A DNA stretch of 64,000 nt from a virus. Shown piece by piece: positions 45,078 through 54,800 of the stretch. The translations under genes were made by a program, and so were the position numbers. Where the stretch lies: the IMG/VR virus record IMGVR_UViG_2928010679_000002; one strand, written 5' to 3'. The notes under the pieces were generated by a model that saw only the letters and a program-made list of their open reading frames with translations, did no database searches and had not been told where the DNA came from. Numbering within the stretch: position 1 is the stretch's first letter; each line of letters opens with the position of its first letter.

Positions 45078-46969
45078 TGGGTATTGCACCAGACAGCATC
45101 CTGGGTGTGGCGGTCGAGACCGTCACCGAGAAGATGGCCGAGATCGAGAGCTTGGCGAACCGCTACAACGCGATGCTGAGCAGCGCGCTTGCGCAGATCG
45201 GCGAGGTAAAGGTAGCGGACGTGCCCGCGCCGACGCGGCCGGCCGCGCCAGTGGCGAACCCGCCGACGATCAACCTCGGCGACGCACCGGTATTCAGCCC
45301 GCCAAACCTCTCGATGCCGTCGGCGCCCGACGACATCGACATCGACGCGCTGCTCAACGACCTGGATCTCGGCGACCTGGGCGACTTGCCCGAGCCGCCG
45401 ACGGCCATCCCGATCAACATTCCGGAAGCACCTGGCATGGCCGACCTCGCGGCGCCGCTGCGGCCAGAGATCGACACCAATGTCGAGCTGCCCGCGGCGC
45501 CGGCGATCGTCATGCCGGAGATGGAGGCGCTGGAGCGCATCACGCTCCCTGCCTTCGAATTCCCGGAGTTGCCGACCTTCGACGCCGCACCGCCGAACGC
45601 CGATGGCATTACCGTGCCCAACGTCTTCATCAACTGGGCCGAGCCCGCCTACGAGTCCGAGGTCCTGGACGACCTGCAGGCAAAGGTGAAGGCCATGATG
45701 GCGGGCGGCACCGGACTACCGGCGCCGATCGAACAGGCCTTGTTTGCCCGTGCGCGCGAGCGCGACAGTGCGGAGACGACGCGCGCGGTGCAGGAAGCGG
45801 TCGACACCTGGGCCGCCCGCGGCTTCTCGATGCCGCCCGGCATGCTGGCGAAGCAGTCCGCGGTGATTCGCGAGCAGGGCCGCCTGAAGGCTTCCGAGCT
45901 GAACCGGGACATCCTGATTCAGGCCGCGCAGTGGGAGATTGAGAACATCCGCTTCGCGGTGCAGCAGGGCATGGCGCTCGAGCAACTGACCCAGAACCTC
46001 TACGAGAACATGGCCAAGCGCCTGTTCGAGGTCGCGCGCTTCGGCGCCGAGAGCCAGATCAACGTGTTCAACGCGCGCGTGAGCCTCTTCAACGCGCAGA
46101 ACGCCGCGTTCGGGACGCTGGCGCAGGTCTTCCGCACGCGCCTTGACGCGGCGCTGGCCAAGCTGACGGCGTACAAGGCCGCCGTCGACGGCCAGGTGGC
46201 GCTGGGGCAGATCAACCAGCAGCGCGTCGAGGTGTTCAAGGCGAAGCTGGCCGGCGTGCAGTCGACGGTCGAGGTCTTCACGTCGCTGATGCGCGGCGCC
46301 CAGGTGCGCGCCGACGTCATCAAGAACCAGTTCGATGCCTACCGTGCTGACGTGCAGGCCTTCGCTGAACAGGTGGGCGCCGAGAAGGCGAAGTTCGATG
46401 CGTACGAGTCGCGCGTGAAGGGCGAAGCGGCCAAGGCCGGTGTGCTGGAGTCCCAGTCGCGTGCCTATGCGGCCACGGTGCAGGCCGTGACCAATAAGGC
46501 CGAAATCAAGGTCAAGGGCGCGCAGATCAAGATGGAAGCGGCGCGCACGAAGGTCTCGAAATTCCTGGCCGACGTGGACGGGTTCAAGGCACGGATCGAC
46601 GCGAGCCTACGCGAGGTGCTCTACGGCACCCAGGTGTACCAGGCGCAGGTGGAGGGCTGGCGCGCGAAGACCAACGCGGTGGTGGCCGACGCCGAGATGC
46701 AGTCTCGCTTTGCCGACATGAACACGCGCACTAACATCGCCTACGCGCAGATGCAGATCAGCGAGTACCAGGCGCGCATTCAGAACGCGGTGCAGCAGGC
46801 GCAGATTGCGCTCGAGGCCGCCAAGGCGCTGGGGCAGTTCTCGGCGCAGCTCGCCGCTGGCGCGATGTCGGCCATGCATGTGTCGGCTGGCATCACTGGT
46901 GGGGGCTCTGCTACCTCGACTGAAACCAAGTCGTCGGGCACTAGCACCACCTACAACTACCAGTTCTGA
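45077..46969 (+). CDS. Internal virion/ejection-type protein (Pro-rich N-terminus, long coiled coil)
   Basis: AAGGAG RBS; P-rich repeats then A/Q/K-rich helices. Confidence 0.7.
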   Translation: MGIAPDSILGVAVETVTEKMAEIESLANRYNAMLSSALAQIGEVKVADVPAPTRPAAPVANPPTINLGDAPVFSPPNLSMPSAPDDIDIDALLNDLDLGDLGDLPEPPTAIPINIPEAPGMADLAAPLRPEIDTNVELPAAPAIVMPEMEALERITLPAFEFPELPTFDAAPPNADGITVPNVFINWAEPAYESEVLDDLQAKVKAMMAGGTGLPAPIEQALFARARERDSAETTRAVQEAVDTWAARGFSMPPGMLAKQSAVIREQGRLKASELNRDILIQAAQWEIENIRFAVQQGMALEQLTQNLYENMAKRLFEVARFGAESQINVFNARVSLFNAQNAAFGTLAQVFRTRLDAALAKLTAYKAAVDGQVALGQINQQRVEVFKAKLAGVQSTVEVFTSLMRGAQVRADVIKNQFDAYRADVQAFAEQVGAEKAKFDAYESRVKGEAAKAGVLESQSRAYAATVQAVTNKAEIKVKGAQIKMEAARTKVSKFLADVDGFKARIDASLREVLYGTQVYQAQVEGWRAKTNAVVADAEMQSRFADMNTRTNIAYAQMQISEYQARIQNAVQQAQIALEAAKALGQFSAQLAAGAMSAMHVSAGITGGGSATSTETKSSGTSTTYNYQF

Positions 46970-47000
46970 TGGCCGACGCGGCGTACGCTGATGGCAATTT

Positions 47001-47501
47001 CTACAGCGGGCACGTTGAGCTCACATACTTGGCATCTACGTTGGCTGTCTTGCACGTCCACGAGCCATTCAAGCCACGCGACCAAGTGATGGTCCCGGCG
47101 GGAGCCGCCTGCAACGGGCCGCCAGCAAGATTTCCGAATGTCGCAACGATGGTCGAAGCTGCAGTGGCAGATATGGTCACTTGAGGAACACCTGCACCCG
47201 ATGTGGCAGCAATTGATGGCGCTGCGTTGCCTCCGGTAGCCTGGAGATTGGAACTGGTGGCTTGAGGGTCACAGTTAAGGGCAGCCGAAGGATCGCCAAC
47301 ACTAGTCTTGCCGCTTAACAAGCAAATATCCACCGCCGGCCGAATGGCACCAGCTTCCGCTACGACCCGTTGGACCTGCGATCGGAAAACATAAGCTTGA
47401 TATTGAGGAATGGCGATCGCTGCAAGGATTCCGATGATCGCGACGACGATCATCAACTCGATCAGCGTGAACCCGCGTGCTTGTACATTGGCCCGATTCA
47501 T
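47001..47501 (-). CDS. pilA: Type IVa major-pilin-like protein, copy 2 (downstream)
   Basis: Short leader ending ...ARG|[24 protein letters not shown] (Glu5); C-terminal WTC...STC disulfide region. Confidence 0.93.
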   Translation of the reverse strand: MNRANVQARGFTLIELMIVVAIIGILAAIAIPQYQAYVFRSQVQRVVAEAGAIRPAVDICLLSGKTSVGDPSAALNCDPQATSSNLQATGGNAAPSIAATSGAGVPQVTISATAASTIVATFGNLAGGPLQAAPAGTITWSRGLNGSWTCKTANVDAKYVSSTCPL

Positions 47502-47520
47502 GGAAGATCTCAAGAAGAAT

Positions 47521-47545
47521 AAAAAAGCCGCCCTGAGGCGGCTTT
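47521..47545. terminator. Terminator between the two pilin genes
   Basis: AAAAAAGCCGCC-CTGA-GGCGGCTTT; U-tract on the minus strand. Confidence 0.8.
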
Positions 47546-47565
47546 ACGAGCAGTGAAGGCTAAGC

Positions 47566-48072
47566 TTACGGAGCGACCGTGCAACCGACCGGAACATACT
47601 TTTGGTCGGCGTTGGTGGTGCAGGTCCACGTACCGGAGTCGCCCGCGCGAGTCCAAGTAATGGTCTTGGTCTTCAGCGGCTGAGCAGCAGCGTTGCCCAG
47701 AACTGCAGTGACGGTGGAGGTGGCGGCGGAAGTGGCGCCCAGTGCAACGGTCGGATAGCCGTTGACATTGGCAACAGCTGCAGGAGCACCAGCTTGAGCC
47801 GCACCGGTCAGAAGGGTCGAAGCGCTGGCAGCAGGGTCGCACTCACCAGCAGCAGTGCCCACAGCAGTCTTGCCGTCAAGCAGGCAGGTATCGACGGCCG
47901 TCTTCAGGCTGCCAGCTTCGCCCATTGCGCGGGTGAATTGCGACTTCGCAACGTAGGTTTGGTACTGGGGAATCGCAATAGCAGCCAAGATACCAATGAT
48001 CGCCACAACGATCATCAATTCGATAAGGGTGAAGCCGGCTTGTGCGCGGTTGCGGATAGTGCGAACGTTCAT
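47566..48072 (-). CDS. pilA: Type IVa major-pilin-like protein, copy 1 (promoter-proximal)
   Basis: ...QAG|[24 protein letters not shown]; [16 protein letters not shown]; GAGGA RBS. Confidence 0.94.
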   Translation of the reverse strand: MNVRTIRNRAQAGFTLIELMIVVAIIGILAAIAIPQYQTYVAKSQFTRAMGEAGSLKTAVDTCLLDGKTAVGTAAGECDPAASASTLLTGAAQAGAPAAVANVNGYPTVALGATSAATSTVTAVLGNAAAQPLKTKTITWTRAGDSGTWTCTTNADQKYVPVGCTVAP

Positions 48073-48129
48073 GAGAGTCCTCAGTTTGTGAATTCACCAG
48101 GAGCCTTTCTCCCGGAGCGCATATCTAGT

Positions 48130-48145
48130 TGCAGAAGGTATGCCA
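48130..48145 (-). promoter_or_regulatory. sigma54 (-24/-12) promoter of the pilin genes
   Basis: Minus strand TGGCATACCTTCTGCA: GG-N10-GC at consensus spacing, 58 nt upstream of the pilin ATG. Confidence 0.75.
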
Positions 48146-48240
48146 GGTGCCAGCGGTGCCTCAAAATCGCGAAAAGTGTGCAAAAGTTCACACTCCAAGG
48201 GGCGGGGTGGGCGCAAAATGTCTTATGGACGCTGATGAAG

Positions 48241-48276
48241 TGCGACAAATTGTGTCTTGGAGTAACAATTTTGTCA
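48241..48276. promoter_or_regulatory. Putative enhancer (PilR/NtrC-type upstream activating sequence)
   Basis: GACA-AATTG-TGTC (48244-56) and AACA-ATTT-TGTC (48264-75), about 100-130 nt upstream of the sigma54 site. Confidence 0.5.
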
Positions 48277-48297
48277 GGTGGCCATCGAATTTGCGTA

Positions 48298-48879
48298 TTA
48301 CGTGATGAGGCGATCGCCGAGTTCAGCGCTCAGGTAAGCGCGCATCCCTGCTTCAAGATGGTTTCGCCCCCACGCGGCGGTCGGATAAGCAGCAGGCCTG
48401 GCTATCACGCCTTTTTCCATGCGCAGCACCCCATCGAAGGGAACACCAGATGGTGTCGGCGTGAAGTGCATGTCGAACTCCGACAGGATTGGCCCGGCAT
48501 GGCTCCAATTGCTGCTGTAAGCTAAAACTGGCCGTGGAGCTCGTCCGGGGACCAAAACCACTGGTTCCCCGTCCAGCATTTCCGGGGAGTCGCCTTGGAC
48601 CCTCGCGACCCAGAAATCCAGATTGCGCCCTGTTAGGTCCGACACTTTCGGCAGTGCGCCAAGGTCTTCTTCTGGGAGCAGTTCTCCAATCAATTGGTCG
48701 ATGCTGACGCCAAAGTAGCGTGCCAGCGTCAAGAGGTCAGCGATGCCTGGCTCACCTTCTCCTTGTTCCCAGCGGACAATGGTACGTAGGGTTACCCCCA
48801 GCGCCTCACCCAACTGCTTTTGGGTCAGCTTGCGATCGTTTCGTAGCTTCTTTATGTTTGGTACGCGTGTCACGGGCAT
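48298..48879 (-). CDS. XRE-family HTH fused to a DUF2591/phage ABA-sandwich-like domain
   Basis: IKKLRNDRKLTQKQLGEALGVTLRTIVRWEQGEGEP; LTGRNLDFWVARVQG...YSSNWSHAGPIL...HLEAGMRAYL. Confidence 0.75.
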   Translation of the reverse strand: MPVTRVPNIKKLRNDRKLTQKQLGEALGVTLRTIVRWEQGEGEPGIADLLTLARYFGVSIDQLIGELLPEEDLGALPKVSDLTGRNLDFWVARVQGDSPEMLDGEPVVLVPGRAPRPVLAYSSNWSHAGPILSEFDMHFTPTPSGVPFDGVLRMEKGVIARPAAYPTAAWGRNHLEAGMRAYLSAELGDRLIT

Positions 48880-48891
48880 CCGACTAGGATA

Positions 48892-48932
48892 CCTCTGTGG
48901 GGTTGGACAGCGATGGGCTTGCTTCGAAGAAT
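48892..48932 (+). promoter_or_regulatory. Late-promoter-like motif copy 4 (diverged)
   Basis: CCTCTGTGGGGTTGGAC...AAGAAT at the same 34-nt spacing, 7 nt, ATG 48940. Confidence 0.6.
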
Positions 48933-48939
48933 CGAGTGC

Positions 48940-50958
48940 ATGACTTCCCAGAGGCTGCCCATGCTCGGCTTTCGACCACAAATGAAGAGCGACCTATCGC
49001 AACACCTTGCCGAGGGAGGCCTCGTGCGGGGTCTCGTCCGTCGCGTGATGGGCATTCCAGAACCGGTCGACGCCGGTGCGGCAGCGCCAGCACCTGCGCC
49101 GATCGCGGCACCAGCTCCCGCCCCCGCACCCGAGAAAGCGTTGACCCAGTACGCAGGCATGAGCGCGACAGAGCGGCGCATGAAGGCGGCTGGCCTGAAG
49201 GACGGGGGGCCGGTGCGTGGGCCTGGCACCGGCACCTCCGACAGCATTGAAACCGAGGCCCGCCCGGGCAGCTACATCATGCCGGCCGACTCGACCGAGC
49301 AGATGGGCGAGCAGGGCGTTGCATCGTTGGGCTTTAGCCCGGAGAAGGTGCCTGTCAATCTGAGCAACGGCGAATTCCAGCTGCCCCCCGAGCAGGTGCA
49401 TGCCGTCGGTGTGCAGGCGCTCGATGCGATCAAGGACGCAACGCATGCTCCTGCTGGCGCGCCGGGCGGCTTCCGCCCGGGCGGCGAGGACCAGGCGCTC
49501 TTTCTTGCCGACGGCGGCCTGGTTGACGAGGAGGCGCGCCGCCGGGCGGGCGGCGCGCCCATGAGAGGGGCGGATGTCAGCGCAAGCGTGCCGGCGCCCC
49601 TGCCGATGCTGACCGCGTCCATGGCGCCAAGCCCGCAGGCGCTTCCGGCACCTGCGCCCGTGGCCGCAGATGCACCGCGCTCCGAGACCAATCCGCTCGC
49701 GCAAACGCAAGGTGCTGCATTCGGCGTGTTCCGCCGCGAACCGACTGCGGGCACGCGCGGCGGCATGATGCAACCCTATGTGGCAACCGGACCTTCGGCC
49801 TTTGAACCGGCCAAGGTGCAGGAAGGAACGGGTCGCCTTGATGCATTCACCGACCCGCGCTCCACGCTGTTCAAGGGCGGCGACAGTGCCGCACCCGCGC
49901 CTACCAGCCGCGGGTTTGCCGGTGTCGGCGAGGGATGGGGCAATGGGGCACACCCGGCGGTTGCTGCCCCGGCCGCCGCCCCTGCCGTCCGACCTGCTTC
50001 GGCGGCACCCGTCGTTGCGCCGACTACCGCACCAACTTCGGCCGAGACGTCCGCGGACACTCCCGCCGCGAGCCAGGTCATGCCGGGCGTGTTCCGTCAG
50101 GGGAACAGCTACGGCGACTCGCCAGCTGCAGCCGCTGCTGGTTTTGCGCCGCGAAGCGGGCCCAGTGGCCAGAACATGGCCGCTGCAGATGCGCTCGATG
50201 CTCGCGGCGTGGCGGCGCGAGCCGGCGAGCGCGCGGCCGCCGCCGATGTTGCAGCCCGCGGCTTCAGCCCTGGCAATGGCCTCTCGGTGATCGGAGACGA
50301 TACGCAGGCAGACCGCCTGCGCCGGAGCGCAATCGCGGCTGCCAGCACGGCATACAGGGGGTCGCCGAACGGGCAACTGACCGCGAATCAGTTGCGAACG
50401 CTGGCGGGAATGGACGAAGCCAACGGCCGCAACGCTGTGACGCGCGAAACCACCGCCGCCAACAACGCTTCGGCGCTTGAGCGCGAGGCCATGCAACAGG
50501 CCGGCGCGACCGGCCGTACGCTGGCCGGCGAGGCGGGCGCCAATGCGCGTGCAGGTGCCTCCAACGACGTTCAACGGGGAGAACTGGCGCTGCGCCAGGA
50601 GGCCCAGGGCTTCCAGACGCGCGGCGCGCAGCGGGTGGAGAAGCTGTACGAGCAATACGAGAAGGCCAAGCCTGAAGAGCGGGCCGCGATCGGCGAGCAG
50701 ATCCGCACGCTCACCGGCAAGGACCACGCCAACCGCTTTACCGTTGTCGCCGGAGGCCAAGAGGTGGACCCGACCACGCAGCAGCTCACGACGCGACCGG
50801 CACGGGTGTTCAACAACCAGACCGGGCAGTTCGTCGATCAGCCGGCCGGCCAAGGGCAGCGCACCGCGATGCCGCCGGGCATGACGCGCCAAGTCGGCAC
50901 GTCGGGGGGCAAGCCGGTCTACGAGGACTCGCAGGGCAAGCGCTTCATCGGAGGCTAA
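48940..50958 (+). CDS. Ejection/internal virion protein
   Basis: GGPVRGPGTGTSDSI...VPVNLSNGEFQLPPEQV motif, A/P-rich linkers; start set by the promoter motif. Confidence 0.7.
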   Translation: MTSQRLPMLGFRPQMKSDLSQHLAEGGLVRGLVRRVMGIPEPVDAGAAAPAPAPIAAPAPAPAPEKALTQYAGMSATERRMKAAGLKDGGPVRGPGTGTSDSIETEARPGSYIMPADSTEQMGEQGVASLGFSPEKVPVNLSNGEFQLPPEQVHAVGVQALDAIKDATHAPAGAPGGFRPGGEDQALFLADGGLVDEEARRRAGGAPMRGADVSASVPAPLPMLTASMAPSPQALPAPAPVAADAPRSETNPLAQTQGAAFGVFRREPTAGTRGGMMQPYVATGPSAFEPAKVQEGTGRLDAFTDPRSTLFKGGDSAAPAPTSRGFAGVGEGWGNGAHPAVAAPAAAPAVRPASAAPVVAPTTAPTSAETSADTPAASQVMPGVFRQGNSYGDSPAAAAAGFAPRSGPSGQNMAAADALDARGVAARAGERAAAADVAARGFSPGNGLSVIGDDTQADRLRRSAIAAASTAYRGSPNGQLTANQLRTLAGMDEANGRNAVTRETTAANNASALEREAMQQAGATGRTLAGEAGANARAGASNDVQRGELALRQEAQGFQTRGAQRVEKLYEQYEKAKPEERAAIGEQIRTLTGKDHANRFTVVAGGQEVDPTTQQLTTRPARVFNNQTGQFVDQPAGQGQRTAMPPGMTRQVGTSGGKPVYEDSQGKRFIGG

Positions 50959-51077
50959 ATTCGGCGCATTCCCGCTTGATTTCGAGGATTCCAATCCGAA
51001 TTGGTTATCGCAGAGCCAACAGGTATGCCAATTGGGATTGCCGAACTCGATGGCCGAAACGCTCAAAGTAGAGCCGG

Positions 51078-51106
51078 TTGAAACGTGTAGCGTTACACGC
51101 TACAAT
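51078..51106 (+). promoter_or_regulatory. higBA sigma70 promoter with palindromic operator
   Basis: TTGAAA, 17 nt, TACAAT; CGTGTA-GCGT-TACACG fills the spacer; ATG 6 nt after -10. Confidence 0.85.
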
Positions 51107-51112
51107 TGACGA

Positions 51113-51391
51113 ATGATAAGAACATGGCGCCACAAGGGGTTGGAAGAGTTCTACCTAACTGGCAAGAAGAAGGGCATTCAGCCACATCATGCGAACAAAC
51201 TCAGTCGCCTTTTGGCTGTGCTGAATGCCGCTGCGGTCCCGGAAGCCATGAACCTACCCGGTTTCGGGTGGCATCCGCTAGACGGTGATCTCGCGGGGCA
51301 CTGGGCCGTGTCGGTCAATGGAAATTGGCGCGTGACCTACAGCTTTGAGGGTGGAGACGCGATCCTGGTCGATTACCAGGACTACCACTGA
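51113..51391 (+). CDS. higB: HigB/RelE-family toxin
   Basis: [14 protein letters not shown]...[33 protein letters not shown]...DYQDYH. Confidence 0.93.
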   Translation: MIRTWRHKGLEEFYLTGKKKGIQPHHANKLSRLLAVLNAAAVPEAMNLPGFGWHPLDGDLAGHWAVSVNGNWRVTYSFEGGDAILVDYQDYH

Positions 51392-51402
51392 AAGGAATTG
51401 AG

Positions 51403-51723
51403 ATGGCTACTATGTTTAACCCCCCGCATCCGGGTTCGATTCTTCGTGAGGATGTGCTGCCCGCGCTCGGGCTGAGTGTGACTGATGCAGCGACGCAGTT
51501 GAAGATTTCGCGCCCGGCTTTGTCCCGTGTGCTGAATGAGCATGCAGCGATCAGTGCTGAGATGGCGATTCGTCTTGCTGAGTGGCTTGGAGGCGACGCC
51601 GGCACTTGGATGCGCATGCAGGCAGATTACGACCTGTGGGAAGCGAAGAAGCTGCACAAGGTCAAGATCAAGAAAGCAGAGGTCGCTGCTGCAGAAGACG
51701 AGCGCTTCGCACTAGCCGCCTGA
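51403..51723 (+). CDS. higA: HigA antitoxin (XRE HTH)
   Basis: [16 protein letters not shown]...[23 protein letters not shown]...[11 protein letters not shown]. Confidence 0.93.
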   Translation: MATMFNPPHPGSILREDVLPALGLSVTDAATQLKISRPALSRVLNEHAAISAEMAIRLAEWLGGDAGTWMRMQADYDLWEAKKLHKVKIKKAEVAAAEDERFALAA

Positions 51724-51744
51724 GCAGAACGTTCGCGCGGCGCG

Positions 51745-51771
51745 GCGGCCCCATTGGGGCCGCTTTTTTTT
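51745..51771 (+). terminator. Intrinsic terminator of higBA
   Basis: GCGGCCCC-ATT-GGGGCCGC then T8. Confidence 0.88.
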
Positions 51772-51785
51772 GCCGCGGCGAAGCG

Positions 51786-51827
51786 CCCCCCGTAGGGTTC
51801 GACTCGTCCGCCCTCGGGAGGAAAACT
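51786..51827 (+). promoter_or_regulatory. Late-promoter-like motif copy 5
   Basis: CCCCCCGTAGGGTTCGAC...AAAACT, 6 nt, ATG 51834. Confidence 0.7.
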
Positions 51828-51833
51828 GGCGCA

Positions 51834-54800
51834 ATGGCCAGTTCCGACCTCAAACCCTTCGACGGGCAACTCGACGCCCCACCACAGAACCTCAAGCCGT
51901 TCTCGGGTGAGCTCGACTCGCCCGAGAGCCCGAAGCGCTCCGCCCTGGACGTCGCGAAGGACATTGGCGTCACTGCACTGAAGGGTGCCGTTGGGCTACC
52001 GCAGGCTGTCGTTGGCCTTGCCGACATTCCTACGGGCGGCCGAGTTGGTAAGGCGCTCGACGACGCAGGTGTCCGTTTCAAGGACACGCAGGACTTCCTC
52101 GCCGATCAGTACTCCGATGCCCAGAAAGCCGCGAACAAGAAGGTCGCTGCGGCGGATGGGTTCGTCGGTACCGCCCAGGCGATGATCGAGAACCCGAGCA
52201 CGATCGCCACCAGCGTGGGTGAGTCCATCCCCCAAATGCTGGGTGGCGCAGGCGTTGCGCGTGGGCTGTTGAAAGTCGCGCCGAAGATCGGTGCCGCTGT
52301 CGCCGGCGCCGCCGGCGAAGGTGTGATCGGTGCTGGCTCGCAGGCAGAGCAGATCCGCGGCGAAACCAAGGACGGATTGCTCACGCCGACCCAGGCGGCC
52401 TTGGCTGCCGCGACGGGTGCCACGACCGCCGCCTTTGGCGCCGCAGGCGGCAAGCTGGCTCAGCGCCTTGGCATCGGTGATGCAGAAACGATGCTGGCCC
52501 AGGGCTCGATCCAAGGTCCTGGTCGCGCATCGCAGCGCTCCCTCGCGCGCCAGGTTGGTGAGGGCGTGCTGTCCGAAGGCGTGCTCGAAGAGGTGCCGCA
52601 GTCGATGGCCGAGCAGGCGCTGCAGAACCTTGCCCTGGACAAGCCGGTCGGTGAAGGCGTGGGCGCGGCCGCGGCGCAGGGGTTGCTCGCTGGCGGCGCA
52701 ATGGGCGGGGGCGCGGCGCTGGTGCATGGTGCCGGGGCCCGCGGCGAGCCTGCGACGGCCGCGCCTGCTGACGGCATGGCGCTCGCGCCGCAGGAGCAAC
52801 CACCCGCGGCGCCCGCTGAGACGCTTCCGGCCGTGGAAGGCGGGGCAGCCAGCATCCAGCGCACGTTCGATCCCCGCGACCCCGGCAGCCGGCCTCCCCT
52901 CGATGTGATGCCGCCGGTTCCTTCGGATGGCATGCCGTTCGAGGCGGGCCCCGCTGGTGCACGCCTCGAGTTCGACACGGGCGAACTTGCGCTGGCCGAT
53001 CGCGCAGCACCACCGCGCCCTTCAGAAGCGATGGGCCTCGACCCGGCTGCGGGCCCGTTGTCCGCGGGCGCGGTGATCGCGGTAGATTCTGGTGCGCACG
53101 GCCAGCTGCTGCAGGATGCGCAGCGCCAGGTCGATGCGGCCGCACTGGCTGAACAAGAGCAAGCCGTGGCGGCGAACCGCGCCGCGCCGCCGGTGCTCGA
53201 CTACTCCGACCTCGACGAGCGAGACCGCTCGCTCTACGACGACTACTACCGCACGCTGGACCGCGATACCGAAGGGCACATGGCCGCGGCGCTCGTGGAC
53301 GACGTCCCCGACTTCGCTGACCAGCGCAACGTCACCGATGAACAATTCCTCCGCGCACTCGGCGCGAACGATCAGGAGATTGCAGATGCCATTCAAACTG
53401 CCCGCGGAGCCGCGGGCCCGGAAGAACGTGCTGGCGGCCCTATTGCGCCTGCGGCAGATGTCGCCGAAGGCGCGAGACCGGCTGCTGCAGCAGCTCCGAT
53501 CGAGCAAGGACAAGCCCAGCCCGCGCAAGCAGTAGTCGCACCGCCTGCGGCCACGGCCGTCGCGACTGCTGCTCCAGCACCGGCCAGCGTGCAGGAGGGC
53601 ATTGCGCGCGCGCGCGGCCGCCGTGCTGAGCAGGCGCCGGCAGCAGCGCCGGCGGCAGCGCCGACTGTGGCGCCAGTTGCGGCGCCTGCAGGTGTGGTTG
53701 GTACTGGCCAAGTGCCAGTGGCGAAGCGCGAGAAGGCGGTGCAGCGTGTGCAGCAAGGCAAGGCCTGGTTTCTGTCGCAGGAGAAGGCGGACGCCTTCGT
53801 AAACGATTCAGGTCTTGGCGACACGCACCAGGTGGTGCCCGACAACCGGCGGTTCGTGGTGCAACCGAAGTCCACCGAGCCGGTTGCCGCGACTACCTCC
53901 GAGGTAGCGCCGCCTGCTGAACCGAGCGGCAAGACGCCAAGCGGGGAGTGGGCGGCGTTCGCGAAGGACTCGGGCACCAGGGGCGTGCCGCGGGCTGAGA
54001 TGCCGCAGATCAAGGCTGAACACCGCGGCGCCATGACCAACTTCATGAACGCGCGCGGAATCTCGCATGCGGAAGAGACGGTGCCGGCGGCGAGTCTCAA
54101 GCCTACGCAGGCCGAGTTCAGCCCGGCGCGCGTGCAGCAGGCGAAGGAGTTCCAAGGGGGCGACCGCGCCATTCTTGTGTCGCGCGACGGGCATGTGCTT
54201 GATGGCCACCACCAATGGCTCGCAGCGCGTGAGCGCGGCGGCGATGTCCGCGTCATCCGATTGGACGCACCGATCACCGACCTGCTCGCGGCTGCTCACG
54301 AGTTTCCCAGCTCCACAATCGACGCGGCGAGTGCGCGCGGTCCGGTACAAGCGGCTCCTGCGGCTACCGCCGCGCCTGCTGCCGAGCCTGCGAAGCCGGC
54401 ACGAGGTGTTGTTGCCAAGGCTCGGGAGGCCAAAGCCAAGCGGGAACTGAAGGCTGACCGTATCGCTCGCGAGGCGGAGGAAGCCCGTGCCTCGTACTTC
54501 ACGCCTGGCAACGTAGTGCGCAGCTACGGGCAAGGCTTCGATGAAGTTATCAGCCACAAGCCAGCCGACCAAGAGGGCAATTGGTCGGTCTCGGTGCGCG
54601 CCGTGCGCAAGATCGGCGCGGCGAAGTTTGAACCGATCCCGGGCGAAATTGAGCGTACGCACAGCACGCAGCCAAGCGAACGCGAACTGAAGGTCGGACC
54701 GGCGGCTCGCATGGCTGGGACGGCACCGAAGGCGCAGGTTCCGGCCGCGGCACCAACTGTTGCTCCTGCTGAGCCCGCGGCTGATGCCGGCAAGATTGTG

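Noticed and set aside
34894-46969. Diversity-generating retroelement or invertible tail-fibre switch
   Set aside because: No reverse transcriptase, no TR/VR near-duplicate pair, and no invertase or inverted crossover sites seen
46969-47184. 71-aa plus-strand ORF coupled to the stop of the 631-aa virion gene
   Set aside because: Lies almost wholly antisense to the pilin gene and has no recognisable features
47001-48072. Neisseria-type pilS silent-cassette antigenic variation
   Set aside because: Both copies have complete leaders and N-termini, and no guanine-quadruplex or Sma/Cla-like repeats were seen; tandem expressed pilins is the simpler reading
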